The notes below the pieces were generated by a model. The model did no database searches, was not told the DNA's origin, and saw only the letters and a list, made by a program, of their open reading frames with translations. This document shows, one piece after another, positions 1-9,951 of a DNA stretch of 64,000 nt (position 1 is its first letter; every line of letters begins with the position of its first letter). Source of the DNA: an uncultured Chitinophagaceae bacterium. Its GTDB lineage: Bacteria; Bacteroidota; Bacteroidia; NS11-12g; UBA9320. A program made the translations under genes and the position numbers. Location of the stretch: the NCBI GenBank assembly GCA_964613385.1, contig CAZTGZ010000006.1:37778-101777 (forward strand), read 5' to 3'.

Positions 1-30
1 GTTGTGCAAAGGTACATCAGTGTATTTACC

Positions 31-387
31 TTACCATACATCCCAAATGTCTGCAACAACGTCAAAGGTTCCGGGCTGAATAAAATCGGCATAAAAATAA
101 ATACCGGCATCCGGCCCTACATTTACAGTGTAATCTCTGAACAATGTTGTAATCAAGAATCCATCTTCATCATACAGCCGAAACCTGATCTGAGCACCGC
201 TGAGCATGGCATTCCCCCGGTTGATGATTTCACCTTCAACTTCAACTATTCTCAATCCCAAATAATAAGAATAATTGAGTTCAGCTTTTAATACCGGAGC
301 TTCCTGAACAATAATAATCTCTTCTTGAACACAACTTTGTAAACTGATCAATCCGAGGGTAAACATGAGTAAAATTGTACGCTTCAT
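31..387 (-). CDS. hypothetical lipoprotein
   Basis: ORF 31..417; the internal Met at 385-387 begins MKRTILLMFTLGLISLQSC, a lipoprotein signal with lipobox Cys. No recognisable domain. Confidence 0.55.
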   Translation of the reverse strand: MKRTILLMFTLGLISLQSCVQEEIIIVQEAPVLKAELNYSYYLGLRIVEVEGEIINRGNAMLSGAQIRFRLYDEDGFLITTLFRDYTVNVGPDAGIYFYADFIQPGTFDVVADIWDVW

Positions 388-538
388 AATTGTAGGTTTT
401 AGTTGGTCTATTGACAATCCAATACCTAAAATTAATAAATCACATAATTGCTTGTTAATCAGATAGATGTACTCGTTTTAAGGCTGTTGTAGCTTTTATA
501 TTTGACCATTATAGTGTACACAATTTGGTCAAGAATCA

Positions 539-1896
539 TCAAGCTTTCAGCTGAGCATAGTACTTATAGAAAAGGGGAATGGATTCAATTCCTTTATAGA
601 AATTGGCGAGTCCGTATCTTTCATTGGGAGAATGGATGGCATCACTATCTAACCCAAATCCAAACAGAACGGATTTAAGACCAAGTTCTTTCTCAAATAA
701 TGCCACAATAGGAATGCTTCCTCCTCCGCGTGTTGGAATGGGTTCTTTTCCAAACGCTTCTTTCATAGCAAGGGCCGCAGCTTTATATTCATTAGAATTA
801 ACCGGAATGCTAACGGGTTCTCCACCATGATGCAGGTGCACCTGAACTTTAACCGAAGGAGGTGCGATGCTTTCAAAATGCTTTTTAAATAATTCTGAAA
901 TTTGCTGGCTGCTTTGATTTGGAACCAACCGCATAGAAATTTTTGCAAAGGCTCTTGAAGGTAAAACTGTTTTTGATCCTTCACCGGTGTAACCACCCCA
1001 AATTCCATTCACATCCAAAGTAGGCCGAATTCCGGTTCTCTCAATGGTTGAATATCCTTTTTCTCCCAGCACGTCCCCAACCTCAAGTTGCGCTTTGTAT
1101 TCATTTTCATCAAAAGGTGCTTCTGCCATGGCTTTTCTTTCTTCCTGACTCAATTCAACCACATCGTCATAAAACCCGGGAATGGTAATTCGTCTGTTTT
1201 CATCGTGCAACGAGGCGATCATCGTGCATAAAATATTAATAGGATTTGCAACGGCACCTCCATAAATACCCGAGTGCAAGTCGATATTGGGACCGGTTAC
1301 TTCGACCTGAACATAGGACAATCCTCTCAATCCCACATCAATCGAAGGTGTATCCATGGAAATCAAACCGGTATCACTAATCAGAATGACGTCAGCTTTT
1401 AACTTTTCTTTATGTGATTTCACATAGGTGCCCAAATTTGATGATCCCACTTCTTCTTCACCTTCGATCATGAATCTAACATTGCAATTCAGATTTCCGG
1501 TTTTCAACATGGCTTCAAAAGCGGCAACATGCATGAAAGCCTGACCTTTGTCATCACAGGCCCCTCTGGCATATATATATCCATCTTTAACCTGTGGGTC
1601 AAACGGTGGGCTATTCCATAATTCATCCGGTACACTTGGCTGAACATCATAGTGACCGTATACCAGGATGGTAGGAAGGGCAGGGTCAATAATTTTCTCT
1701 CCATATACGATGGGATTTCCGGCCGTTTCTTCAAGGCAGGTTTGGTCGGCACCGGCTAATTCCAGTTTGTGACGAACATATTCTGCAGCACGTCGGATAT
1801 CATCCTTATATGCCGGGTCAGCACTAATTGAAGGTATTCTCAACCATTCCAACAATTCTTCCAAAAAACGGGCGCTATGGGCGTGTAAATAATCTT
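539..1896 (-). CDS. M20-family dipeptidase (peptidase M20/M25/M40)
   Basis: Long ORF 539..2029. The conserved start MQLQDYLHAHSARFLEELLEWLRIPSIS lies at 1896, giving about 452 aa. Metal-binding motifs of the M20 family are present (HYDVQP, GACDDKG, EGEEEVGS). Confidence 0.8.
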
Positions 1897-1988
1897 GCAA
1901 TTGCATATAACAGAAATTTTTTCCGAAATTATGAGTTATAGGCCATAAGATTGGATTGATATTTGTTAAAAATTCAAAAATTAACGGT

Positions 1989-2798
1989 ATGAAAAGGAAT
2001 AGAATTGGATTATGGATTATCTGGAGCATGACGGTGGTTTTAGCTGTGGCTTCATGTGCAAGAGTTCCTGTAACCGGACGAAGACAACTAAAGCTCTTGC
2101 CGGAAAGTGAGTTGGTTGCGATGAGTTTGACAACCTATCAGCAATTTTTATCTGAAAATACTATCGTTAAAAACACCTTGGATGCAACCAAAATTCAAAC
2201 CGTAGTTAAAAGAATAAGTACTGCAGTTGAAAACTACTTAAAATCCGGTAAACATGCCGACAGAGTGGAAGGATATACCTGGGAATTCAATTTGGTGAAT
2301 GACCCGACAGTGAACGCCTGGTGTATGCCGGGAGGTAAGGTGGTGTTTTATACGGGGATACTGCCTTATTGCAAAGATGAAGAGGGCATTGCGGTGGTTA
2401 TGGGTCATGAAATTGCGCATGCCATAGCCAGACATGGAAACGAGAGAATGAGTCAGGGATTGGCTCAGCAGTTGGGTGGAATTGCGCTGGCCGTAGCTAT
2501 TTCTGACAAGCCGCAGGAAACTCAGCAACTTTTTGCATTGGCTTATGGTTTGGGTAGTCAATTGGGCGTTATGCTGCCATTTAGTCGCAAGCACGAAAGT
2601 GAGGCGGATCAGTTAGGATTATATTTTATGGCTATGGCCGGCTATAATCCGGAAGCAGCGCCTGCTTTTTGGCAACGTATGGAAAAAAGCAGTGTTCCTG
2701 AATTTTTAAGTACACATCCAAGTGCAGTAACCAGAACTGCCCAACTCCAGGGTTGGATGCCTAAAGCAATGGAGTATTATAAAAGTTATAAGCCTTAG
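1989..2798 (+). CDS. M48-family zinc metallopeptidase lipoprotein
   Basis: HEIAHAIARH zinc motif typical of M48 (HtpX/Ste24-like). Start moved to the ATG at 1989, which gives a lipoprotein signal (VVLAVASC). It is divergent from the M20 gene. Confidence 0.8.
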   Translation: MKRNRIGLWIIWSMTVVLAVASCARVPVTGRRQLKLLPESELVAMSLTTYQQFLSENTIVKNTLDATKIQTVVKRISTAVENYLKSGKHADRVEGYTWEFNLVNDPTVNAWCMPGGKVVFYTGILPYCKDEEGIAVVMGHEIAHAIARHGNERMSQGLAQQLGGIALAVAISDKPQETQQLFALAYGLGSQLGVMLPFSRKHESEADQLGLYFMAMAGYNPEAAPAFWQRMEKSSVPEFLSTHPSAVTRTAQLQGWMPKAMEYYKSYKP

Positions 2799-3439
2799 TC
2801 TTTGGGATGAATAAAATCAATGCCGGCGGTGAGCTGAAAAACACTTGAGCGATAATCGAATTTGAAAGTTTCACCCCGAATAACTACCTCGTCGCCAAAG
2901 GCACTTAAGTTGGTTTCGTAGCGAAAATCGATACATAAACTCCCTATGTCAAATCCTATTCCGATTTGGGCAGCCCAGGAGCCATCTCTAAAGAACTCAG
3001 CCATGTCCTGGTTGTAAAAATCATCTACAAACGGGGAGTGGAGCAGCTGCTTGGTATAGACAGGCCCCAGCATAAATCTGAATCTGTCTTTTTTGCTGTA
3101 TCCCAACATAAGTGGGATATCCATTCGGTTGATGTTCAATTTTCTAATGGTATCAAAATTCACCGAACTGATGGTAGTACTGTATCGGTGTTGCGATAAA
3201 ATAATTTCGGGTTGAATGAAATTATTTTTCGTATATGCCCGGCCGAATAGGCCAACAACAAGGCCAACATCCGCGTCTTTTTTGGCATAATTCCAATCCA
3301 ATCCGTTTTGTGTAACCGTTTCGCTCAACAGAATACTCGAGTAGTTCACACCGCCCTTTGCACCCAAACCTTTCATTTGACCGATAGATATTTGCATTGA
3401 GCCAACCAAGACACAAAGAACGAGCAAGCCTTTTTTCAT
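2795..3439 (-). CDS. outer-membrane beta-barrel (porin-family) protein
   Basis: Signal peptide; alternating amphipathic beta-strand pattern; aromatic-rich C-terminus. 214 aa, typical of small OMP beta-barrels. Confidence 0.6.
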   Translation of the reverse strand: MKKGLLVLCVLVGSMQISIGQMKGLGAKGGVNYSSILLSETVTQNGLDWNYAKKDADVGLVVGLFGRAYTKNNFIQPEIILSQHRYSTTISSVNFDTIRKLNINRMDIPLMLGYSKKDRFRFMLGPVYTKQLLHSPFVDDFYNQDMAEFFRDGSWAAQIGIGFDIGSLCIDFRYETNLSAFGDEVVIRGETFKFDYRSSVFQLTAGIDFIHPKD

Positions 3440-3516
3440 AGTTCAAATGTAAAAAACATGATTGGGAATGATATTACTCATCTCCATTTAATATTCAGAA
3501 CGCTATGTTTGTGTAA

Positions 3517-4173
3517 ATGCGTCTGAGAAATGTAGTAATTTTAGGCTTCTCTCTGGTTGTATCTTCATGTATTCAGGATTCTCCTCAGGACCAGAATGAA
3601 AATTTGGAAATCGAAGAGACCGAATATATCCCTGATTCTTTGGTGACAGATTCATTTGTCAAATATGTGATACAACCTGAGTCAAGTGAGCTGAATTGGA
3701 TAGGAGAAAGGGTTGGGGGAGAAGGCCATAAAGGTAAAGTGAATATTAAATCGGGTTATTTAAGATGTACCCAAAACCGGATTAGTGGTGGGGAAATTAT
3801 TATTGATATGACTTCTTTGCGTGAATTTCCTGTTGAAAGTGAAGAGACGACCCAGATTCTCATTGGATATCTGCATAGCAGCAGATTTTTTGATACAGAA
3901 AAATATCCAATCGCGATATTAAAAATCAGGGAAGAAAATCGCGGAAAGCTATATGCAGATTTGCAGATTCGAAATTCGAGCAAGCCGGTTGTAATTCCGT
4001 TCAGAAAAGAAATCGAAGATCATATTTTAAAAGCATCCGGAGAATTTGGAATAGACAGAACCCTCTGGGGCATTGATTATCTAAGCGAAAGCGGCAAATT
4101 GAATCCCGGTGAATTAATCATCAAAGACAGTATCTACTTCAGTACCAGAATTGTTGCTTTTAAGGAAGGATAA
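3517..4173 (+). CDS. YceI-like periplasmic lipoprotein
   Basis: Lipoprotein signal (LVVSSC). YceI-like core motif (DMTSL...YLHSSRFFDTEKYPIAILKI). Confidence 0.6.
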   Translation: MRLRNVVILGFSLVVSSCIQDSPQDQNENLEIEETEYIPDSLVTDSFVKYVIQPESSELNWIGERVGGEGHKGKVNIKSGYLRCTQNRISGGEIIIDMTSLREFPVESEETTQILIGYLHSSRFFDTEKYPIAILKIREENRGKLYADLQIRNSSKPVVIPFRKEIEDHILKASGEFGIDRTLWGIDYLSESGKLNPGELIIKDSIYFSTRIVAFKEG

Positions 4174-4220
4174 ACGATAAAGTGGCAAGATTCTTTGACC
4201 AATGATAATTTGAATTATTT

Positions 4221-6071
4221 TTGGCAACTTATTATTGTTCTATGCAATTCAGGTGGTTAAAAATTTTTGTTTTCCTTGTGGGAATTCTTTTCAGCGAGGG
4301 AATGTGGGCACAACAAAAGTATTGTGTGTATTTCAACCAAAAGGATCTTACAAATTTCGATCCTTCTACCTATTTCGATCAGAAGGCATTAGAAAGGCGC
4401 GCAGCCATGGGAATTGCGATTGATGAAACTGATTATCCGGTTAAGGAAGAATTTGTTTCGACACTGGCTTCATTGGAGGTTGAAATTCGCATAGTGAGTC
4501 GTTGGCTTAATGCTGTTGTCTGTGTGGCTACAGAAGAGCAAATGGCGATTGCCAGGAAATTTCCTTTTGTGGCTGCCGTCGAATTACTTGAAAAACCTGT
4601 TTTACAAGTTACCGGAAGCATCAAAGGATTACAGGATTTGAGCTCAGCAGATACGGAATTGCTTTCCGGGCAGACAGAACGTATGGGTGTGCGTACATTT
4701 CATGATCAGGGTATAACAGGAAAGGGAGTAAGGGTTGCCATTTTCGATATTGGTTTCGAATCGTATAAGACCAATCCTTCATTTGAGCATATCCGACAGG
4801 CCAATCGCATCATTAAAACCTGGGACTTTGTGAAGAAAAGAGAAAACGTAGATGGATATAACACGCATGGCTGTTTTGTGTTGTCGTGCATAGCGGGGAA
4901 AATAGAGGGTGTGCCGATCGGTTTGGCCACAGATGCGGAGTTTCTGCTGGCACGTACGGAGACCTGGACGGAATTTTTTAGTGAGGAAGAACAGTGGTTG
5001 GCCGCTGCTGAATGGTCAGACAAAAATGGTGCAGATATCATTAACAGTTCACTGGGTTATACCTATCATCGTTATTTTCCTGAAGACATGCACGGCAAGA
5101 AGAGTTTGGTTGCAAAAGCTGCGAACATGGCGGCCAGAAAGGGAATATTGGTTGTTAACTCTGCAGGAAATGAAGGAGATGGAAACTGGAAAATTATTGG
5201 CACACCGGCTGACGCAGATAGCGTTTTGTCCATTGGGGGAATCTCACCCTGGACAGGTTACCATACCTCATTCAGCTCATTTGGACCAACCCGGGACAAA
5301 AGAATGAAGCCCAATGTCACTGCTTATGGACATGTGATTGGAGCAGGACCCGGTGGATTAAGTCAAACGCAAGGCACTTCTTTTAGCGGCCCGTTGGTAG
5401 CAGGATTTGCAGCTTGTGTCTTACAGGTTAAACCCGGAATTCACAATATGGATGCATTCCGTGAAATAGAAAAATCAGGAGATTTATATCCCTATTATGA
5501 TTATGCGCATGGCTATGGAGTACCGCAAGCCTCATATTTTTTTAAAACATCCAATCCGGTTGAAGCCAAAGAAAGTCTGATTGAATTCGTTGAAAACGAT
5601 GCGCGCATTGAGATACGAATTAATGACATACAGGAAATTGAGATTCCTGATTTTAATGAAGACGTTATTGAAGACCCTACCGAAAATCAGGAGATTCCGG
5701 AAGCTGCAATTGACAGTACGGAGACAGAACAGACGGAGATAGTGGTGCCCGAGGTCGAACCTCCGGCAGAAGAATTTGGAAATGATTCCGTTTCCGCTGA
5801 ATATGAATATCCGGATGAAGTTGGTGTCTTTAAAAAATGTCCGGACTATGTTTTTTATCACATTGAAAACAGTCGCGGGTATTTAGATAAGTATTATGTG
5901 GTTGATCCTCAGCCGAATTTTGCTTTCATTTTCAATGGAATGAAGAACAATAACAAAAAAGATACGGCTAAGGATGATAGTCCATTGGTTATCCATAAGG
6001 CAGATTTTGCCAGGCCGTTTACCATTCGTGTTTATTATAAAGGAGAAATTAAAACATATCATGTCAAATAG
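4221..6071 (+). CDS. S8-family (subtilisin-like) serine peptidase with acidic linker and C-terminal domain
   Basis: Signal peptide. Catalytic-triad contexts are present (D in VAIFDIGF, H in NTHGCFV, S in GTSFSGP). A long Glu/Asp/Pro-rich low-complexity linker spans about 5590-5840. Confidence 0.8.
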   Translation: MATYYCSMQFRWLKIFVFLVGILFSEGMWAQQKYCVYFNQKDLTNFDPSTYFDQKALERRAAMGIAIDETDYPVKEEFVSTLASLEVEIRIVSRWLNAVVCVATEEQMAIARKFPFVAAVELLEKPVLQVTGSIKGLQDLSSADTELLSGQTERMGVRTFHDQGITGKGVRVAIFDIGFESYKTNPSFEHIRQANRIIKTWDFVKKRENVDGYNTHGCFVLSCIAGKIEGVPIGLATDAEFLLARTETWTEFFSEEEQWLAAAEWSDKNGADIINSSLGYTYHRYFPEDMHGKKSLVAKAANMAARKGILVVNSAGNEGDGNWKIIGTPADADSVLSIGGISPWTGYHTSFSSFGPTRDKRMKPNVTAYGHVIGAGPGGLSQTQGTSFSGPLVAGFAACVLQVKPGIHNMDAFREIEKSGDLYPYYDYAHGYGVPQASYFFKTSNPVEAKESLIEFVENDARIEIRINDIQEIEIPDFNEDVIEDPTENQEIPEAAIDSTETEQTEIVVPEVEPPAEEFGNDSVSAEYEYPDEVGVFKKCPDYVFYHIENSRGYLDKYYVVDPQPNFAFIFNGMKNNNKKDTAKDDSPLVIHKADFARPFTIRVYYKGEIKTYHVK

Positions 6072-6777
6072 TAATTCAATGATTAGAAACCTGTGTATTT
6101 TGGCTGCATTCATTGGCTTTTATGAAGCTAAGGCACAATCCGTTTTGATGGAGCAAGATGTAAATCAGGATACCATAATTCCCGAAAAAGGACCCAATCG
6201 GAAGCATTTTAGCAGTGTGTATTTTTCCGGCGGTTTCATATTAGGTCCTCAGGCTGCAGATACCAGCATCCAAATGGATGGGATGAAATCATGGGAAATG
6301 CGCTTTGGATTTTATAATAAATTTAAGGTGACCAATTGGTATTCTATGGTATTGGATGCGGCGTACCACAGACAGGCATTTTATACAGAAACTGAAAGCG
6401 ATATAACGCGATATGATAAATTGATCATGAACAATGTATCTGCAGGCTTCATGAATCGTATCAATTTTGGTAAAAGAGGAGATAGAGTGGGCAACTACCT
6501 GGAGTTAGGGGTGAGTAGTGACTTTGCCTTTATGATCCGAAAAAAGACATATACCACCTTGGATTCTGATACAGATCATTTCAACAGCTTAAAGCAAACC
6601 TGGAATAATCCGGACTATGTGAATGATTTGAATTATTATGGAGATGTGAGATTGGGATTCAATCATTATGTAGTTTATGGGAGGTACCGCTTATCCGAAA
6701 TATTCAACGAAGGAGCCAAGGGAGCTCAAATGCCGGTAGTATCTGCCGGGTTCATGTTTGATATTGGAGCGAAGTAA
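6061..6777 (+). CDS. hypothetical outer-membrane beta-barrel-like protein
   Basis: The in-frame ATG at 6061 gives the signal peptide MSNSNSMIRNLCILAAFIGFYEAKAQ. The start overlaps the last codons of the S8 gene (ATGTCAAATAG). C-terminus ends FMFDIGAK. No known domain recognised. Confidence 0.5.
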   Translation: MSNSNSMIRNLCILAAFIGFYEAKAQSVLMEQDVNQDTIIPEKGPNRKHFSSVYFSGGFILGPQAADTSIQMDGMKSWEMRFGFYNKFKVTNWYSMVLDAAYHRQAFYTETESDITRYDKLIMNNVSAGFMNRINFGKRGDRVGNYLELGVSSDFAFMIRKKTYTTLDSDTDHFNSLKQTWNNPDYVNDLNYYGDVRLGFNHYVVYGRYRLSEIFNEGAKGAQMPVVSAGFMFDIGAK

Positions 6778-7954
6778 TTGCCTCGTTTAAGGAAGCACAG
6801 GCAAATTCTATTTCCTGATCTGAAATGATCAGAGGTGGAGATAAACGAATGGCTTTGTCATTAAAAAGGAACCAGTCGGTTAGGACTCCATGAGTTCTCA
6901 AATGATGAATGATACTCTGAACATGAGCTGCAGATGGCGTATGTATGGCCATCATGAGGCCTTTACCGGTGAGTTTATAGGATTCGGGTAATTTAAGAAG
7001 GCTTCTGAACTTACTTTCCTTAATCGGAATCTGTTCGCATAGTTTTTCGTTGCGTATAAACTCCAGGGCGGCCAGTGAAGCGGCACAACTGACGGGATGT
7101 CCGCCAAAAGTGGTTATGTGACCCAGAACTGGATTGAATGACAGTGTCTTCATCAGAGAAACATCCGCACAAAAAGCACCTAAAGGGAATCCACCACCCA
7201 TTCCTTTGGCCATCAAAATGATATCCGGTCTAATTCCACTTGTTTGCCAACCCATGAAAGAACCGGTTCTTCCGAAGGCAGTCTGAACTTCATCCATAAT
7301 GATTAAAACACCATGTTTCCTGCATTGGGTTTCCAATGCGATTAAAAAATCGGGGTTGGCGGGCAAATAACCAGATTCTCCTTGCACACTTTCGATTACA
7401 ACAGCAGCCGTTTGAGAATTTATGCATGCTAAATCGGCTATTGAATTAAAATTAATATGATGGATGCCCGGCAATAAAGGGCGAAAGTTATTTGTATAAG
7501 TTGTGTCACTCAACAAGCTCATTGCGCCATGAGTGGATCCGTGATAGGAATGATTGGCTGCAACAAATTCAAATCGGCCAGTCGCTCTTTTGGCCAATTT
7601 CATGGCACCTTCCATCGCTTCGCTACCTGAATTCACAAAGAAAACAGAAGGTTGTGACCATGGCAATTCTGCAGAAAGAGCCTGAGCCAAACGCACTTGA
7701 ACGTCTTGTATATGTTCACCAAATACCATGGTGTGCCAATACTTGTCCATTTGTTGTGCAACTTTTTCCTGTACATACGCATTCCGATGCCCGACATTGC
7801 TTACCCCAATTCCGGAAATCAGATCCAGATAAGCTTTTCCCGATGTGTCATACAAATTACATCCTTGTGCGAAGGAAACTTCAAACATCATGGGGTCAGG
7901 GCTTGTTTGGGCCACGAATGATTTGAAAGCTTTATGAGATTGAAAGTCCGGCAT
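6752..7954 (-). CDS. class-III (PLP-dependent) aminotransferase, acetylornithine/ornithine aminotransferase family
   Basis: 400 aa. Contains GHRNAYVQE, the DEVQTAFGRTG PLP motif, and Lys in a MAKGMGGGFP context. Confidence 0.8.
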   Translation of the reverse strand: MPDFQSHKAFKSFVAQTSPDPMMFEVSFAQGCNLYDTSGKAYLDLISGIGVSNVGHRNAYVQEKVAQQMDKYWHTMVFGEHIQDVQVRLAQALSAELPWSQPSVFFVNSGSEAMEGAMKLAKRATGRFEFVAANHSYHGSTHGAMSLLSDTTYTNNFRPLLPGIHHINFNSIADLACINSQTAAVVIESVQGESGYLPANPDFLIALETQCRKHGVLIIMDEVQTAFGRTGSFMGWQTSGIRPDIILMAKGMGGGFPLGAFCADVSLMKTLSFNPVLGHITTFGGHPVSCAASLAALEFIRNEKLCEQIPIKESKFRSLLKLPESYKLTGKGLMMAIHTPSAAHVQSIIHHLRTHGVLTDWFLFNDKAIRLSPPLIISDQEIEFACASLNEAITSLQYQT

Positions 7955-7963
7955 AGTGCGAAT

Positions 7964-7993
7964 AAAAAAAAAGAGGCTGCAACCGCAACCTCT
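7964..7993 (-). terminator. intrinsic terminator downstream of hup
   Basis: On the minus strand, AGAGGUUGCGGUUGCAGCCUCU forms a 9-bp stem (one GU wobble, 4-nt loop) followed by nine U. It lies about 25 nt after the hup stop. Confidence 0.65.
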
Positions 7994-8018
7994 TTATCCA
8001 AATAATTTTAGTTTAAAA

Positions 8019-8291
8019 TTATCCTACGTTGTTAGAAAGTTCGGTTCCGGCTTTGAAACGTACCACTTTCTTAGCAGCAATTTTAATTGGCTTACCTGTT
8101 TGTGGGTTTCTTCCGGTTCTGGCAGAACGCTCAGAAATAGAGAAAGTACCGAAACCAACCAAAATCACTTTGTCACCACTCTTCAAAGCAGATGCAGTAG
8201 CGTCTGTAAATGAATTCAAAGCAGTTTGTGCCTGAGCTTTAGTGATACCTGCGTCAGCAGCGATTTTTGAAATTAAATCAGATTTGTTCAT
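8019..8291 (-). CDS. hup: DNA-binding protein HU
   Basis: 90 aa; MNKSDLISKIAADAGITKAQA...GFGTFSISERSARTGRNPQTGKPIKI is the canonical HU/IHF fold signature. Confidence 0.9.
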   Translation of the reverse strand: MNKSDLISKIAADAGITKAQAQTALNSFTDATASALKSGDKVILVGFGTFSISERSARTGRNPQTGKPIKIAAKKVVRFKAGTELSNNVG

Positions 8292-8380
8292 AATAATAGA
8301 TTTTTAAATTTTTGTATATTTCTTTAGTTAATGCATTGCCCTTTATTAGTAGGGGTTTACAAGCATTTTCTGAAACAAGT

Positions 8381-8923
8381 TTATAAAAAGTTGTGTAAAT
8401 AAATTAAGTCAGGATGCTGTTTTGTGAATAAATTCAGTGTCATTGTTAATAATTCCGGGCTTTTCGCCCACTGCAAGGGGATTTTCAGGTGTGCAGCCTC
8501 GTAATATGGGCGACGTTGCTCGTACAATTTCAGTATTTGCTGATTGGATAATCCGGCTAAAACCGGCCTGTCAGATAATTGCTTTGCTTTCAGTTTTCTT
8601 AATATTTCTACAGGACTCAATTGCAAATAAATAACCAATCCATGCTTCTTAAGCAATTCCATCTGGTTGTAAAAGCAGGGTGTGCCCCCTCCAACAGTGA
8701 ATACTGAGTTTGTATCTATGCGTCGTAAGCATTCGTTTAAAACAGTATTTTCAAGTATTCTAAATTCGTTTTCTCCTTGCTTTTTGAAAATATCTGTGAT
8801 TTGACGGCCTTCACGTTTTTCTATTTCACTATCCAAATCCGTAAATGACATGCCTAAATATGACGATAGTCTTGATCCGAGATAAGTCTTACCTGCTCCG
8901 GTGAATCCGGTTAAAATGATCAT
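8381..8923 (-). CDS. aroK: shikimate kinase
   Basis: Walker A GFTGAGKT at the N-terminus followed by the DLD motif. 180 aa, typical of AroK. Confidence 0.75.
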   Translation of the reverse strand: MIILTGFTGAGKTYLGSRLSSYLGMSFTDLDSEIEKREGRQITDIFKKQGENEFRILENTVLNECLRRIDTNSVFTVGGGTPCFYNQMELLKKHGLVIYLQLSPVEILRKLKAKQLSDRPVLAGLSNQQILKLYEQRRPYYEAAHLKIPLQWAKSPELLTMTLNLFTKQHPDLIYLHNFL

Positions 8924-9951
8924 GATACGCGAATTCTGGGATCAATGGTTTTATGCAGATAATCGACGAACATATTCATAAAAATGAAAATTAAGGCTAT
9001 CCATAGCACACAACCCATAACCACGGGTAGATCAGATTTTTCCAATGATTCAATGGTCAATTTGCCGATACCTTTCCAATTAAAAATATATTCTACAAAA
9101 AAAGCTCCGGCCAACAAAGATGCAAACCATCCGGAAGCCGAGGTGATCACCGGGTTAATAGCGTTTCTTAAAGCATGCCGGCCGATGACGTTTGCCTCTG
9201 AAAGACCTTTTGCTCTTGCCGTACGGATATAATCTTTGTCCAGTTCTTCATTCAATGCCCCTCGCGTCAATTGTGTAATTACCGCCAATGGTCTTATGCC
9301 CAATGCTATGGAGGGCAAAATGAGATTCTTTGGAACCCATATCCTTCCTTTGAAGGGGTCTAAATCTGTCAGACTTCCCGACATTGAAAGTCCGGTGATA
9401 TCGTGCAGGAGCATTCCGAAGATCCAGGCTATCAGAACAGCAGCAAAAAAGCTGGGTAAGGATATTCCGGCAGTGCTGAGAAACATCAATAAGCGATCCG
9501 GCCATTTGCCATAAAAAAGTCCTGATATTACGCCCATTAGTATACCAAGGACCGTAGCAAGCAGCATACTGGTAAAAGCCAGCACTAAGGTGCCGGGTAT
9601 GGAGTCCAGAATTAATTCAGAAACTTCCTTTCCATTTTGAAAAGAACGCCTCAGGTATGGCCATTTTAAGGCTATTCTTTTGTCTTTCCAATAAAATAGT
9701 TTCCAACCCCTGTCCTCAGAACTGGTTCCAATAAAGCTGAGGTCATTAATATAAAGGACATATCTGGTTAATGCCGGTTGATCCAAACCTAGTTCGCGAT
9801 TAATCATTGCTTTGGTTTGTTCATCCGTTCGCTCACCTGTAACCATTTGCGAAGGGTCAGGAAAGGCGGAATTGAATAGAAAAAAAACCAGCGTTGCAAT
9901 GCTGAATAATATGAACAAGGCATACAAACTCCCCGATAAAAAAGACCTCAT
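8920..9951 (-). CDS. ABC transporter permease, Dpp/Opp (binding-protein-dependent) type
   Basis: Six TM helices and the EAA-like loop RTARAKGLSEANVIGRHALRNAINP. It overlaps aroK by 4 nt. No cognate ATPase or substrate-binding protein gene is nearby. Confidence 0.8.
   Translation of the reverse strand: MRSFLSGSLYALFILFSIATLVFFLFNSAFPDPSQMVTGERTDEQTKAMINRELGLDQPALTRYVLYINDLSFIGTSSEDRGWKLFYWKDKRIALKWPYLRRSFQNGKEVSELILDSIPGTLVLAFTSMLLATVLGILMGVISGLFYGKWPDRLLMFLSTAGISLPSFFAAVLIAWIFGMLLHDITGLSMSGSLTDLDPFKGRIWVPKNLILPSIALGIRPLAVITQLTRGALNEELDKDYIRTARAKGLSEANVIGRHALRNAINPVITSASGWFASLLAGAFFVEYIFNWKGIGKLTIESLEKSDLPVVMGCVLWIALIFIFMNMFVDYLHKTIDPRIRVS

Noticed and set aside
4-291. 95-aa plus-strand ORF at the window start
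   Set aside because: Entirely antisense to the 31..387 lipoprotein gene, which has a convincing signal peptide and lipobox. No features of its own.
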